Source: Felis catus
Taxonomy: Eukaryota
Reading direction: 5' to 3'
NCBI RefSeq assembly: GCF_018350175.1
Contig: NC_058369.1
Span: 22,508,001-22,572,000 of the forward strand
DNA: 64,000 nt
Position 1 is the stretch's first letter. Each line of letters opens with the position of its first letter. The notes beneath the pieces were generated by a model that worked only from the letters and a program-made list of their open reading frames with translations, was not told the DNA's origin and made no database searches. Shown piece after piece: positions 1-11,400 of this stretch. A program made the translations under genes and the position numbers.

Positions 1-468
1 GGAAAGAGGGCCCAAGAGGCTCCCTCTGCTTCAGGTCATTAGACTCAGGCTATGGGTGTCCCTGGGAACTCTGCAATTTCAGGCACAACCATTTGGACAG
101 GGGGTATGGCCTGAGCTGTGGCCATCCAGATGTGGGCTGGGCCTAAGGGAGACCAGCTCAGCCCCGATGTGTCTTGATGCAAAACTCTCCAAAAGACGTG
201 TTCCAAAATGTTAGGTGTTCAGCGTTGGGTCACAAGGGCTTGGGCTGTCTCCACAACCATGACAAGCTGATCATTCCAGTTCTCCAAAGGGCTGAATATC
301 CATTCTGCTCCTAAAAACCCCAGTGAGCCTGTGGCTGATGAGCGAATGTCTGGGGCTACCTCACGTCCTATCGCATCATTACTCTGAATCCCTGCTCCTA
401 GGATAATCCATGTCTGATTCTTCCTTGAAATCTGAACGACTCGATTACAGTTGCCTTTCCTGACCTGT

Positions 469-888
469 TAGTGATGGGCTGGGCTGGCTCATGCCAGCTT
501 GTAAGATCTGATTATTAGATTTTTGGAAACTCTATGAGGAAGTCACTAAGCACAGCCATTATTAAACATTAAATTATATATATTTGCAATTACATAATAC
601 GAAAAAGAAAGGTAATAAATATCAAACCTCGTTTCTACCCAGGTATTTTATACATTTTACTCTTATCTATGCCCTTGAGTCTGTTTATATCTATTTATAT
701 TTATATTTTACCTATATAATGGTGCGCTGTGGCACGCCTCTTTCCGATTTCACGTTCAGTGACCTCATGTTGGTAGCTTGAAATCAGGCATGGGCGGGAG
801 TATTCACACCTCAGAAATCAGCAAATGTTACAAATCATGGCTTTCCCCCTTGAGAGCTGGTAGTTAAACATTTACCAGCACACCACTG
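469..888 (+). mobile_element. hAT DNA transposon derivative, MER63-like
   Basis: Degenerate terminal inverted repeats tagtgatgggctgg ... ccagcacaccactg. The interior resembles the recalled MER63 consensus. Confidence 0.8.
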
Positions 889-2754
889 CCCATGGGCACA
901 GGAGGAAAGTGGGCTTCCTGAAGTTACATTATCAGAGAACACATAAGCCGTGCTCAGTTCCACTGGCAAGACAGCATGGCCTGCGGGCTGGAAGCTGTTC
1001 TGTATTTGTCCCCCATTTATTAATACAATTTGCTCACAGCAAAGGTTTCCCAGCCTCTTTCTAAGAGGCAGATATACTTGATTCACCCACAGGACTGTTA
1101 TCATTACTGCATTCCTGTTTGGCTCTTTACAATTTAATTAGCACGGAGCAGCCAGGATACGTAAGTCTTCTCTATCTCCTCGCTCGCCTGAGGCACTATC
1201 TAAGCAGAAACTAGAGAAGTCCTCAGTGCTTGGGCCACTTGCTGCTACACACAGATGGCTTGTGGACCAAAGCGGGCTTCGTGGGGGAAACAATTCCACG
1301 CTCCTCTCCCCCCTACTGAGATGACAGTGCCCAGACCCCTCCTCTGTCTTGCCAGCTGTGAACTGGAGGGGTGCCAGCCATTCTGCCTGCTGGCCTCCTC
1401 TTCCCAGAGGGGTAGGATGCAATTACTTGGGATGTCATGGAGAATATTAACTAACTGGACTGTTGCAATCTCCCATATCCACATCTGGGCTGTCAGAGTG
1501 TGTAGAAATAGTAATGGGCAGCCTTAAAGTAAGACCCCCGGTTATCACTGCAGACCGGTATGTTCCCCTGAGCAACAAACGGGGAAGCCTCACAATGCTG
1601 CGGTGTGTCCAGTCACCCTGGAGCTGGTTGATGTTGGCCGAGGAAGGGCACAGACATGGCTTGGAGTAAGGCAACAGACACGTGGCAGATGTGCAGGGAT
1701 TGTTCAGGTGCAGTGGGAAGCAATTTGCTTTTATTTCTGAAATAAACCCACAGAAGCCAAGTGACCTTGAGGCTTGGGAGCACTTTTTGCAAACAGAATC
1801 TGCAGTGAAAAAGTCCTGGCCCGAGGGGGAGGAGTCTCAGTATGCAGATGAGGTCCAGGGGATGGGTGTAGAGGCCAGCAGTTAGGGTTCCCCTCCCAGC
1901 TCTGTCCTCACCATCTCAATCAGGCTCAACTTCATCATCTCAACCAGGGATGAGTACTAATGTGTGCCCGCATAGGGCTGTTCTGTGGATTAAATGCAGA
2001 ATGTAAAAAGCTTAGCAGGGGACCTGGTACCTTGGGGCCAGGGGCAGGGATGGGAGAAGGACATTTCACACTAAATTCTTTTGTATTGGCTGACGTTTTT
2101 AGATTCTTTGTTTATATCACCTATTTTTTTAAGGTGAAAAAAAATAATGCTACACAAGCAAAGTTGTAACGAATTGGAAACAGGATGAGAAAGGTCCACA
2201 AATCTCCCTCCTCTCAAAGGGTCATTTTACCTCATCTGTAAAATGAGTAATAATAGCACCAACATCACAGGGTGTTTGTGAAGAAGAGGGCTCAGCCCAG
2301 TGCCTGGCATGGGGTTGTTGCTCTGTAAATTTGCCTGCCCTCATTTGCGGAAAGCCCGTGAACCAAGACCCTACATATAGCCTGCTGTTCTAGCCTTAGG
2401 TCCTCTTTCCTCATAGCCAGTATTAGGGGGATCTGTAGGGAGGGGGGCCCAGTCTTCAGCAGGGGAATCTCTGCAACTGGTCTTGGCAGGAACCTCAGGG
2501 CTCAGTGAGCCTCAGCCTCCTTGGCAGGATGGCTGGTCCCCAGGTCACCAGTTTCTGGAAGGTGGTCACTGGCAGGGTCCAGAGGTGCTGCTGGCTTGAC
2601 CTGACTCTGGTTACCTGCAGGCATGGATGCAGGATTTAGGAAGACAAAGGGATCTCTGGGATCCTTTTTGTTTGGCAAGGATGAGAAGTCTGGCAGGAAA
2701 GTTAGGAGACACAGACTAAATGTGGGAGGGAAGGCTTGGGTAGTTGAAAAGCTT

Positions 2755-3190
2755 TCCATTGCAAGTTAGATCAAACTCACTGCAGCCTCCTTGAGGTAAC
2801 TGAGAAATCCAGGGGCATGTGGGTTTCAGGCTCAGTTGGATCCGGGTGTTCAAACAATGTTTCTGTTTCTCAGTTCTGTTCTCCTTGCTGGCTTCCTTCT
2901 CAGAAAAGATGACTGCCCAGGGCTCTCGGTCTGTACCCTGGAAGGTTCAAGCCCAGTGGGGAAGGAGAGACCACTTCTCTGTCAGCCACCATGGAAGTCC
3001 CACCACATCTCTTTGACTTGACCAGCACCCAAGCCCATTCCTGAACCAGTCATCCTTGCCAGGGAATTTGATCAGAAGTTAACTGAACTCTATGAAAAAC
3101 AGGGGCTGTGGTGGGAGAGAGTTCACCAGAGGGAAATTGAAGCACCATGAGCAAGAGGATAAAGAAGGGGAAACACAGCAGCATCCACTG
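2755..3190 (-). mobile_element. Old MaLR LTR remnant (MLT1J/K/L-like)
   Basis: ttgcaag...aaactcac, ttcaggctcagttggatccgggtgttcaaa and cccattcctgaaccagtcat motifs typical of old MLT1. Confidence 0.5.
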
Positions 3191-4367
3191 CACAGGGCAC
3201 CCCAGGAAGTCAGGTGTTAGTGGTTCAGTATCAAGTCCCAGAGCCTCCTGATCTTTCCATCTGTGGGGCTCTTTGACCAGCAGTTTTGGACTGGCTTCTG
3301 GCTGCAGGGTCGTCTCCGGGTCGTATAAGCCCCACCCTCCTCCACCCTGCCAAGGCAGTTAGGAACATCACCCTCCTGCAGATTTCTCAGGAATAGCCTC
3401 ACTATTCCCCTTCATGTGTCAGTGGGGGCTGTGCCAGTTTCCCTGAGGAACACATGGAGATGACAGAGCCTCAGAGGGGAATTGCTGCATGGTGGTCCTG
3501 GAAGACTGGACCCCTCCCAGGCACTGTGTCTCCCCTCCTCAGTTAAGATCCCTGTGCCCAGACTAGACAGAGGAACAGAGGAGCCTCTGCCTTCCATGGG
3601 CCATGCTGGCTTGGCCCTGAGTAGCAGTGGTGATGAGAGGTGGCTGAAGGCCAGAAGGCCCTCCCCGAATGTTCCAGACCAAATATGATCAGAACCTTCA
3701 AATGGTGTTGGTGGAGGGAGAGCGGTGCTGAGAGGAAGCCTCTGGGATGGCAAAGATTGAATTTACCACATTTCTCACCATCTTGGTGAGTGGGAACTTG
3801 GAGTTAGATTTAATTTGATTGAACAAAACAAAGGCATATGATATTTACTTCAGAGCATTTGAGGGGAATGAAAACCAAAACAACCTGAGCAGTATTTATG
3901 GAGCACCTCTGTGAGGCATGACACTGGGTCGGGTTGCTTTTAGATAACAGGTCCTAAAGGATCTTTAGAGATGGTGATGCCATTTCTTTTGTGAACATTT
4001 TCCCTTGTGTCTCAAACCTTGTGGAAAGGGGGTTGTCCTGACTTCTAGCTGAAATCTTCCCCTTTTCTCTTAGCCTGTCCCCAGTGGGGATGGAGATCAA
4101 CTCTTCACTCTTGTTCATCCTGTCTGTATGCCTCTGTCCTTCTCTTCCAGGCTAATAGAAGCAGGGTCCTATTATGGGTTGGATGGTATTCCTTATATCA
4201 CACCTTCCTACCAATAAAAAAAAGATACGTAGCAGTCCTAACCCCCAGTACTTCAGAATGTGGCCTTATTTGGAGATAGGGTCTTTCCAGAGGTAACAAG
4301 TTAAAATGAGGCCATTGGGGGGGCCCTAGTCCAATATGACTGATGTCTTTATAACAAGGGAAATTTG

Positions 4368-4600
4368 GGGGCGCCTGGGTGGCTCAGTCAGTTAAGCATC
4401 CGACTTCGGCTCAGGTCATGATCTTGTAGTTCGTGAGTTCGAGCCCCGCGTCGGGCTCTGTGCTGACAGCTCAGAGCCTGGAGCCTGCTTCAGATTCTGT
4501 GTCTCCCTTTCTCTGCCCCTTCCCTGCTCATGCTCTGTCTCTCTCTGTCTCTCAATGAATAAAGTTAAAAAAAATTTTTTTTAATTTTTTAATTAAAAAA
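4368..4600 (+). mobile_element. Can-SINE (SINEC_Fc-type)
   Basis: ggggcgcctgggtggctcagtc head, (CT)n region, A tail; TSD ggaaatttgg. Confidence 0.95.
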
Positions 4601-4781
4601 GGAAATTTGGATACAGAGACAGACATGCCCTCAGGGAACACCTTGTGAAGAGACAGGGTGAAGATGGCCATTTACAAGCCAAGGAAAGAGGCCTGGAACA
4701 ATCCCTTCCCCCACAGCCCTGTCAACCCTTTGATCTTGGACTTCTAGGCTCCAGAATCGTGAGACAATGTTTGTTGTTTAA

Positions 4782-4988
4782 AGTTTTTTTTTTTAATGTT
4801 TATTTATTTTTCAGACAGAGAGAAACAGAGCATGAACGGGGGGAGGGTCAGAGAGAGGGAGACACAGAATCTGAAACAGGCTCCAGGCGGTCAGCACAGA
4901 GCCTGATGTGGGGCTCGAACTCGCGACCACAAGATCATGACCTGAGCCGAAGTCGGACGCCCAACCAACTGAGCCACCCAGGCGCCCC
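4782..4988 (-). mobile_element. Can-SINE
   Basis: Reverse-oriented SINE. 19-bp TSD gacaa(t/c)gtttgttgtttaa at 4763-4781 and 4989-5007. Confidence 0.95.
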
Positions 4989-5134
4989 GACAACGTTTGT
5001 TGTTTAACTTATAGGTACTTCGGTGTGCAGGGCTTTGTTAGATTCATAGTACTTTGTTGTGGCAGCACTAGCAGACTGATATAGATTCCCGTGTCCTTTC
5101 AAATCTTTACTCAAAGAGCACCTTTCTGACTCTG

Positions 5135-5775
5135 ATCTCCGCTGGTTGTGAGAGATGAAAGCCTAAATCAAATTAACATAAGCAGAAAGGGAATCAAGCG
5201 ATGCCTGTAATTGAAAAGCTCAATTACTCCCAGGGTTTCCAGCTTCAGGCATGGTTGGATCAAGTGATGCTACTCCAGCTGTCTCCCTTTACATCCCTTG
5301 GATAGGCTGTTTTCATGATGGCTGCTGGCAGCGCAAGTCTTCAACGTTTATTTATTTTTGGGACAGAGAGAGACAGAGCATGAACGGGGGAGGGGCAGAG
5401 AGAGAGGGAGACACAGAATCGGAAGCAGGCTCCAGGCTCTGAGCCATCAGCCCAGAGCCCGACGCGGGGCTCGAACTCACAGACTGCGAGATCGTGACCT
5501 GGCTGAAGTCGGACGCTTAACCGACTGCGCCACCCAGGCGCCCCTGGCAGCGCAAGTCTTGTATCCTATTAACTTAGTAATGACAGTGGAAAATGCTGGT
5601 AGGAGAATCCAGAGGAGAGAAGTTGATTGGCCCTGCTTGGGCCAGGTGCCCATATTGGGACATTCTGGTTAGCTCCATATGGAGCGGGTTCTCTCAGGAA
5701 GAGAAGTTCTATTACCTGATGAAGGGGGATGATTTACTGGCCAGGGAAAACCAGCACATGTCCCACTACAGTGCT
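5135..5775 (-). mobile_element. Old MaLR LTR remnant (MLT1J/K-like) split by a SINE
   Basis: ggttgtgagagatgaaagcc...taagcagaaaggg; gcttcaggcatggttggatcaag; gattggccctgcttgggccaggtgccc. Confidence 0.5.
5342..5544 (-). mobile_element. Young Can-SINE (SINEC_Fc)
   Basis: CpGs intact. Perfect 16-bp TSD tggcagcgcaagtctt at 5326-5341 and 5545-5560. Confidence 0.96.
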
Positions 5776-6031
5776 CTGCGATGGTGTTCTAGCTAACCAT
5801 GTGGGCCCTGGAACCAGGTGGTCTGGGCACAAACTTTGGTGCCACCACTTACCAGCTGGGCAAAGTTCCTTGGCCTTAAACAAAAATGAGAGCAGTAGCT
5901 GCCTTGGAGGGTACGGGGAACATTGGCTCTGCAGGTCCAAGTAGAGCCCTCAACAGCATGTGGCACACAGAAAGCTCTCCTCAAACCTGAGTTTTCTTCT
6001 CCAGTTTCTCTAGAACGTCTTGTGGGGCCCA

Positions 6032-6700
6032 GTGTTAGTCTGGGTTCTCCAAGAAACAGATGCCACGGTAGGATTAAGTGTGCAGGGATTCTATTAGGGG
6101 AAACGTCTGTGGCAGAAAACAGCAAGGGGGCTCCTGGGTGGCCCAGTCGGGTGAGCGTCGGACTTTGGCTCAGGTCATGATCTCATGGTTTGTGAGTTCG
6201 AGCCCCACGTTGGGCTCTGTGCTGATGGCTCGGAGCCTCGGAGCCTGCTTCGGATTCTGTGTCTCCCTCTCTCTCTGCCCCTCCCCCACTCACACTCTGT
6301 CTCTCTCCTTCAAAAATAAATAAACATTTTTTTTTAAATTAAAAACAAGAAAAGAAAATAGGAAGCGAGAGGGGGGAGCCTAGGGAGCCCTCAGACCATG
6401 AGCCAGTCTGACCCAGAGACCGAGAGGAAGAGGAGGGTGTAGTGGCCACCTTCTAAACCAGGAAGGTCTGGCCAGGCCACCTCCATGCTGTAGCCCAGTC
6501 CTCCAGATAAAGCAGGCCGTCAAGGGAGTCCCCAGTGTTTCCCTGGCGAGGTCTGCCTGCCAGGCTGAGTGAGGCTGGGAGCAGCCTGCGGGAGGCATGA
6601 GGCTTATGCTCACAACCCCATAGACCCCTCTGGGTCTTGAGTTCTCTCACCCCTGCCTCCTCGCCTGCTGTAACCCGGGGACCCACACAGACATTCATCG
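6032..6700. mobile_element. ERVL LTR remnant (LTR16/LTR33-like) split by a SINE
   Basis: tgttagtctgggttctccaagaaacagatgcc...gattaagtgtgcagggattctatt resembles recalled LTR16-class termini. Confidence 0.45.
6126..6352 (+). mobile_element. Can-SINE
   Basis: Head gggggctcctgggtgg, CT tract, A tail; degenerate TSD agaaaa(c/t)ag(c/g)aag. Confidence 0.93.
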
Positions 6701-7427
6701 GTGTTTGTGACGAGCAAGCGGGTGCGGGTTGTAGCCCTGATGTGGTGGCCGTCAGAGCTTTTAAGCTGGTTTCCTTACAGGGAGGAGGGCTCCAAAGTAT
6801 TCTTCTCAAAGTCCTTTCTTTGGAGAAATTAATGACATGGCTACAAGTAAGCATCTGCACTTCCTCTTTGAGCAGAAACTCCTTTCATGTGTAAACTGCC
6901 CCCCGTGCCTTTCCTACTTGGTCAGCCCCACCATCTGAGAATCAGTCCCCTGCCATTGCTCCCTTGCCAATAACACCACCAAAGCTACAAGTGAGAAATC
7001 AAAGAACATTTTTAATGAGGAAAGCCCTTTACATCCCTTTTTTCTGCAAATCCACTACAATAATTGTGAGACAGTTAGTGACATTTTAAGCCCTTCTAGA
7101 TATTCTGATGTTAGAGGGAGGCTGTTCTTGCAACAGGTCTCAAATCGTAAAATCTCTTTACATTTCACCTGTGACCTTTCCTTTCATATAATGTCAACAA
7201 TATATAAAACAAATGTTTGAAGTTTCCAAGACAGATTTTGGTGCTTGGGTAACCAGTGTTCTTGCCATTATTCACGTTCATTATTCAGTAAGTGTCTTTG
7301 GAGTACCTTTTTTATAAGGTTAATTTGCATATGCATGTCTCTTTTGTACTTCATGCTATCCCAGCATGGCACACTCACTTTAAAAACAAAATCCTTTCAC
7401 ATTATGATAATATTAAGAGGGATTTCG

Positions 7428-7671
7428 TGTTTTTTTTAATTTTTTTTAATGTTTATTTTTGATAGCGCGTGAATGCGCGCACGCGAGCAGGAGCGGGGGA
7501 GGGGCAGAGAGCGAGGGAGACACAGAATCCTAGGCGGTCTCCAGGCTCTGAGCTGTCAGCACAGAGCCCCATGCGGGTCTCTAACGCACAGAGGGTTAAA
7601 ACTCACAGCCTGCAAGATCTTGACCTGAGCTGAAGCCAGACGCTTAAGCGACTGAGCCACCCAGGCGCCCC
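7428..7671 (-). mobile_element. Can-SINE with a small internal duplication
   Basis: TSD aagagggatttc at 7415-7426 and 7672-7683. Confidence 0.93.
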
Positions 7672-7839
7672 AAGAGGGATTTCTTAAATTAAGTATCCTG
7701 ACTTCCTTGGGGGAGCATAGAAAGGGTGGCTGACATTTGAAAAACAAGTTAGTCCGGAACAAAGCAAGGTTTGCTTCTGCATGGATGAGTATTAGATGCC
7801 TCTTGGCAGTCTCCTTTGGAACCTACATCTAAGCATTTC

Positions 7840-8030
7840 TAAGCACCTACTAGTGCCAGAATTGTGTCTGCCTTATCTTGTTTAATCCTCACAGCATCCC
7901 TGCCAATTAGGGGTTGTCATTCCCATTTTACAGTTGAGGAAAGTAAGGCTCAGAGAGATGGGTTCCCTTGCCCACTGTCGTTGTTAGTAAGGGGGCAGGG
8001 CAGGGTACAGTCCTGCTCTCAGCAAGGTCC
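7840..8030 (-). mobile_element. MIR SINE
   Basis: tttaatcctcacagcatccc...cccattttacagttgaggaaagtaaggctcagagag core. Confidence 0.75.
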
Positions 8031-8449
8031 GAATGCTGAAAACAGAGGCTCTCTCTTCTTCACTGCTCTATGCTTCACAGCTGAGGTGGTGAGGGAGACG
8101 AGGAGTCCTGGCCAGACCACCTGAACCAGAATGGGAGAGGGCACGGGGAGGCATCTGTTTTTAAAAAGCCCTCCTCATCCCAGATGATCCCCATGTGCAG
8201 CTGGGGTTGCTGGAGAATGACTGCTTTGGGAGATGCAAACCCCACACCACGGGCAGCCCTTGGCTGGAGCGAGGAGGTTTAGTTTGAAACGGTTGTGTCT
8301 TCCCCACATGGACTTGGATACAGTTGTGCGCTCAGGCAGGGAGAGAAAACAGAGGCTTATGGTTGAAAAGGAGTAAGTTGAGTTTGGGCTCAAGAAACAA
8401 GCAAGATGTGCTTGCTGCCAGGAAGGGAGGGTTAGTAGACATTGTTTCA

Positions 8450-8978
8450 TTCCCCAAATCCACCCACCCTTTTGGTAAGGGCACACAGATTGGGTTTGGG
8501 GGAGCCAGCCACCACCAGCCCCCATTACACCAAACACACAGTCACGTGACCCAGGCCCAGCCAGTCAGGACACCGTATCCCCCAGCTCAGTGATTGGTTC
8601 AGGATGGACACACGACCCAAACTAACCAGTCAGGTCCCCCTCAGCCAAGCTGGAGACTTTTGCCTGGACTTTGAAAGCAATGCGCTCTTTCTTTTTTTCC
8701 CCCGAGACTTGGATCTGTAAGAGCTTAGAGCCGTTGGGAAGCATCTTTGTTTCATATGGGAAGAGCTTATCTGAGAATGGAGTCAGCACATAGGAGACAG
8801 GGCTAAGAGATAGAGGGAGGCCAAATCCTGCATTGTTGGAGATTTGGACCCATTTGAAGCCATGCTTATACACTTCGTAGTTATGGGAAAAAAATAATCT
8901 CCCTTTGTGCTTAAGACGGTTCTGATTGCTTTTTTTTTTTTTTTTGTCACTTACATCTGAAGAGTTCCAACTCACCCG
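8450..8978 (+). mobile_element. Old MaLR LTR (MLT1J/K-like)
   Basis: cacgtgacccaggcccagccagtcagg; gattggttcaggatgg; 3' ttttgtcacttacatctgaagagttcc. Confidence 0.6.
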
Positions 8979-9679
8979 GGATATCAGACATGAGGCTCAC
9001 ATAAATCTAAATAAAGGAAATGTGCTTCTCTGGTAGCAATTACATCTAGTCCTTCATTCCATAAATATTTACTGACCTTCTGCCATGTGTCATTCACTGT
9101 CCTACATGCTGCAGGAGATTGAGGGGCGGCTTGCAAGGGACAGATGGCTTGATTGAAAGAGGATTTGAAGCAGAAGACAAGGGTAAAACAAGGTGGGAAG
9201 GGAAGGTGCCCCAGGAGATGCAGATCATACGCTAGAAGGATCCAGTGGGGGAACACTCACACCAAGGGAAGACTTCTCTCTTGTAATCGCAGGGCCATAT
9301 CTTCCTGCCCTGTGAATCCCAGATGCTCAGCTCAGCACCTGACACAGTATGAGTGCTCAGTAAATCCCAAAAAGATGCATGGCTTTGTGGAGGGTGTAAC
9401 GTTAAGAGATAGGATAGCTGAACCCTTGAGCGAGGCCTCAAGGCAGAAAGGCCAGAAATCACAGAACCCCCTCAGCACCCCCAATTCTTGTTGACTCAAT
9501 GCTCTGGGGGCAGAGAGGATGCTTTACTGTTTAAAGGGTAGAGGAACAAGCTCTGTTCCAAATGTATCTTCAACAGTCAACTGATTTCTGTCTTCAGGCT
9601 GTATGGGGACCTCCTAGGATTAGTCTTTGTCCTTGAGTTTCATGACAAATAGTCCTTTTTAAAGAAACAGAAATGTCAT

Positions 9680-10230
9680 TATTGATTCTTTTTTTGATTA
9701 TAATTTCTCTGGGCTTACAAAATTTTCACGGAGTACATAAAAGTATAAAGAAGAAACAAAGTCATGATTCCGCCGGTAAGAAACAAGCACTGCTAACACA
9801 CGCACACACACACAGAGATGGAAACGTACTGATTTAATCCACTTTCACATTATGTCACATCTTTTCTTGTCAACAAACAGAGCTGTATGTTACTGTTTTA
9901 ATGGCCACTGAGTATGCCATTATAGGAATGAACCAAAATTAATTGAACCAATTTTCTGCTGTTGGACATTTAGGTTGATTCCAGTCATATGCTATTATAA
10001 AAACACTGAGTGAATGAACATCCTCATAGCTAAAATATTGTACATTTTAAATCATTTCCTTTGGATAAATTCCTAGAAGTGGAATTGCTAGGTCAAATGA
10101 AACGCACGCTTTTAAAGCTCTGTGACCCACACAGCTCTGTGCCAGTCTGACTTCTGGAATTTAATCTCAAAAAGGCCGACTCCTCTACACTCCCTCCAAT
10201 ACTGGGTGTTACCATTTTTCTTTCTCTTTT
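9680..10230 (-). mobile_element. Ancient L1 (L1ME-like) fragment
   Basis: ttggacatttaggttgattccag...gctattataaa...ggataaattcctagaagtggaattgctaggtcaaa. Confidence 0.7.
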
Positions 10231-11049
10231 GCACACCCGAAGGACAGGAGGGTGTAGCCTTGCCAACAGTGTTGCGCAAGGGGGCGTGCCGGTCCCTCCT
10301 GTCCCATCCCATAAAGCTCCCTGACAAGGAAACCTTTCTACTAGACATGGGTCTGATGAGAAGAGCAGGTGTCCCGTATAGGAACCCAGACGCTAGGAGA
10401 GGCCAGGAACCTCATTTGCCTGGTATCAGGTTCCAAGAGAATTACCTCCTTCTTCCATTAGTACCAAGACAGTGTTCTCCTGAGAGCTTACGGTGCTAAG
10501 TTCCTGACACAGCATGGAAACAGAAGAGTAAGAGTGCAGGTCCTGGTAGCTGATGGGAGAGAACTGGGATTTCCACGTCACACGGTGACAGCAGGATCTT
10601 TCATCATGCCACAATCCGACCTGTTTTAAAGAGAGCCAAGCAAATCAGACATTATTATGGCATGAGTTTTGTTAGAAAAAAAAAAAAAGCCTAGTTTATT
10701 CTCTCCCCAATTACAGTGTTTCCCTCTTTCTCCCCATGAAAATTTAATGCTGCACTTTCAGCAAGGAGGCATCTTCTTAATTGATGGGTACTCCGTTAAC
10801 TGAACCATCTCAGGGGATGACACTGATAGCCATGAAAAACCCCATTGTGAATAAGCCCCTTTAACCAAGAGATGTGCTCCTGGGAGTCCGCAGACTGAAT
10901 CCAGAACCAGTATCCCTTAATCGTTTGACTAATTACTGAAGGCCTGCTTTGAGGCATGCCATGAGCTATCTCAGAGCTAGTTCGAGAAGATCATTGCCCA
11001 TGTTCTTTTAAAAGAATGTTCTCTAAATTCCTGGAGCTCAGTCATACTG

Positions 11050-11400
11050 AAGCCTTATGGTGTAGGGAAAAATCCCAGTCCTTGGAGTTATGGGGACCTG
11101 GGCTCCATTCTTATTTGATTCTTGCTAACACCCATCATTTCTCTTCATTAAATCTCAGTCTCCTCATCTGTGAAATGGGGATGGTAATGATCCCAACTTT
11201 GTAGAGTTGTGAGGATTCAGCAAGGTGATTCATGCAAGTTGCTTAGCATAGACCTTCATGCATAGTAAGCAGTCAATAAATCTTAGCTCTATTATGATTA
11301 TGATCTGTAAAATGGAGAGAATGGTGCTAATCATGTAGAGCCATTATAAAGATGAAATGAAATAAAACTTGTTAAGCACCTGGTATCTAGAAAGTTCTTA
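11050..11400 (+). mobile_element. MIR SINE(s)
   Basis: ctcagtctcctcatctgtgaaatggggatggtaat...gttgtgaggatt core, followed by a second core. Confidence 0.75.

Larger units (their letters stand above)
4170..5083 (+). mobile_element. MaLR solo LTR (MLT1A/B/C-like) interrupted by two Can-SINEs
   Basis: cctaacccccagtac...gaatgtggccttatttggagatagggtcttt...; ttgatcttggacttctaggctccagaa; 3' end tactttgttgtggcagcactagcagactgata. Confidence 0.85.

Noticed and set aside
4368..4450. tRNA-like A/B boxes in SINE heads as tRNA genes
   Set aside because: They are the tRNA-derived heads of Can-SINEs, followed by a CT tract, A tail and TSDs
9331..9352. RE1-like ctcagcacctgacacag
   Set aside because: Poor right half-site, and it lies in an L2/MIR-like remnant where this string is common
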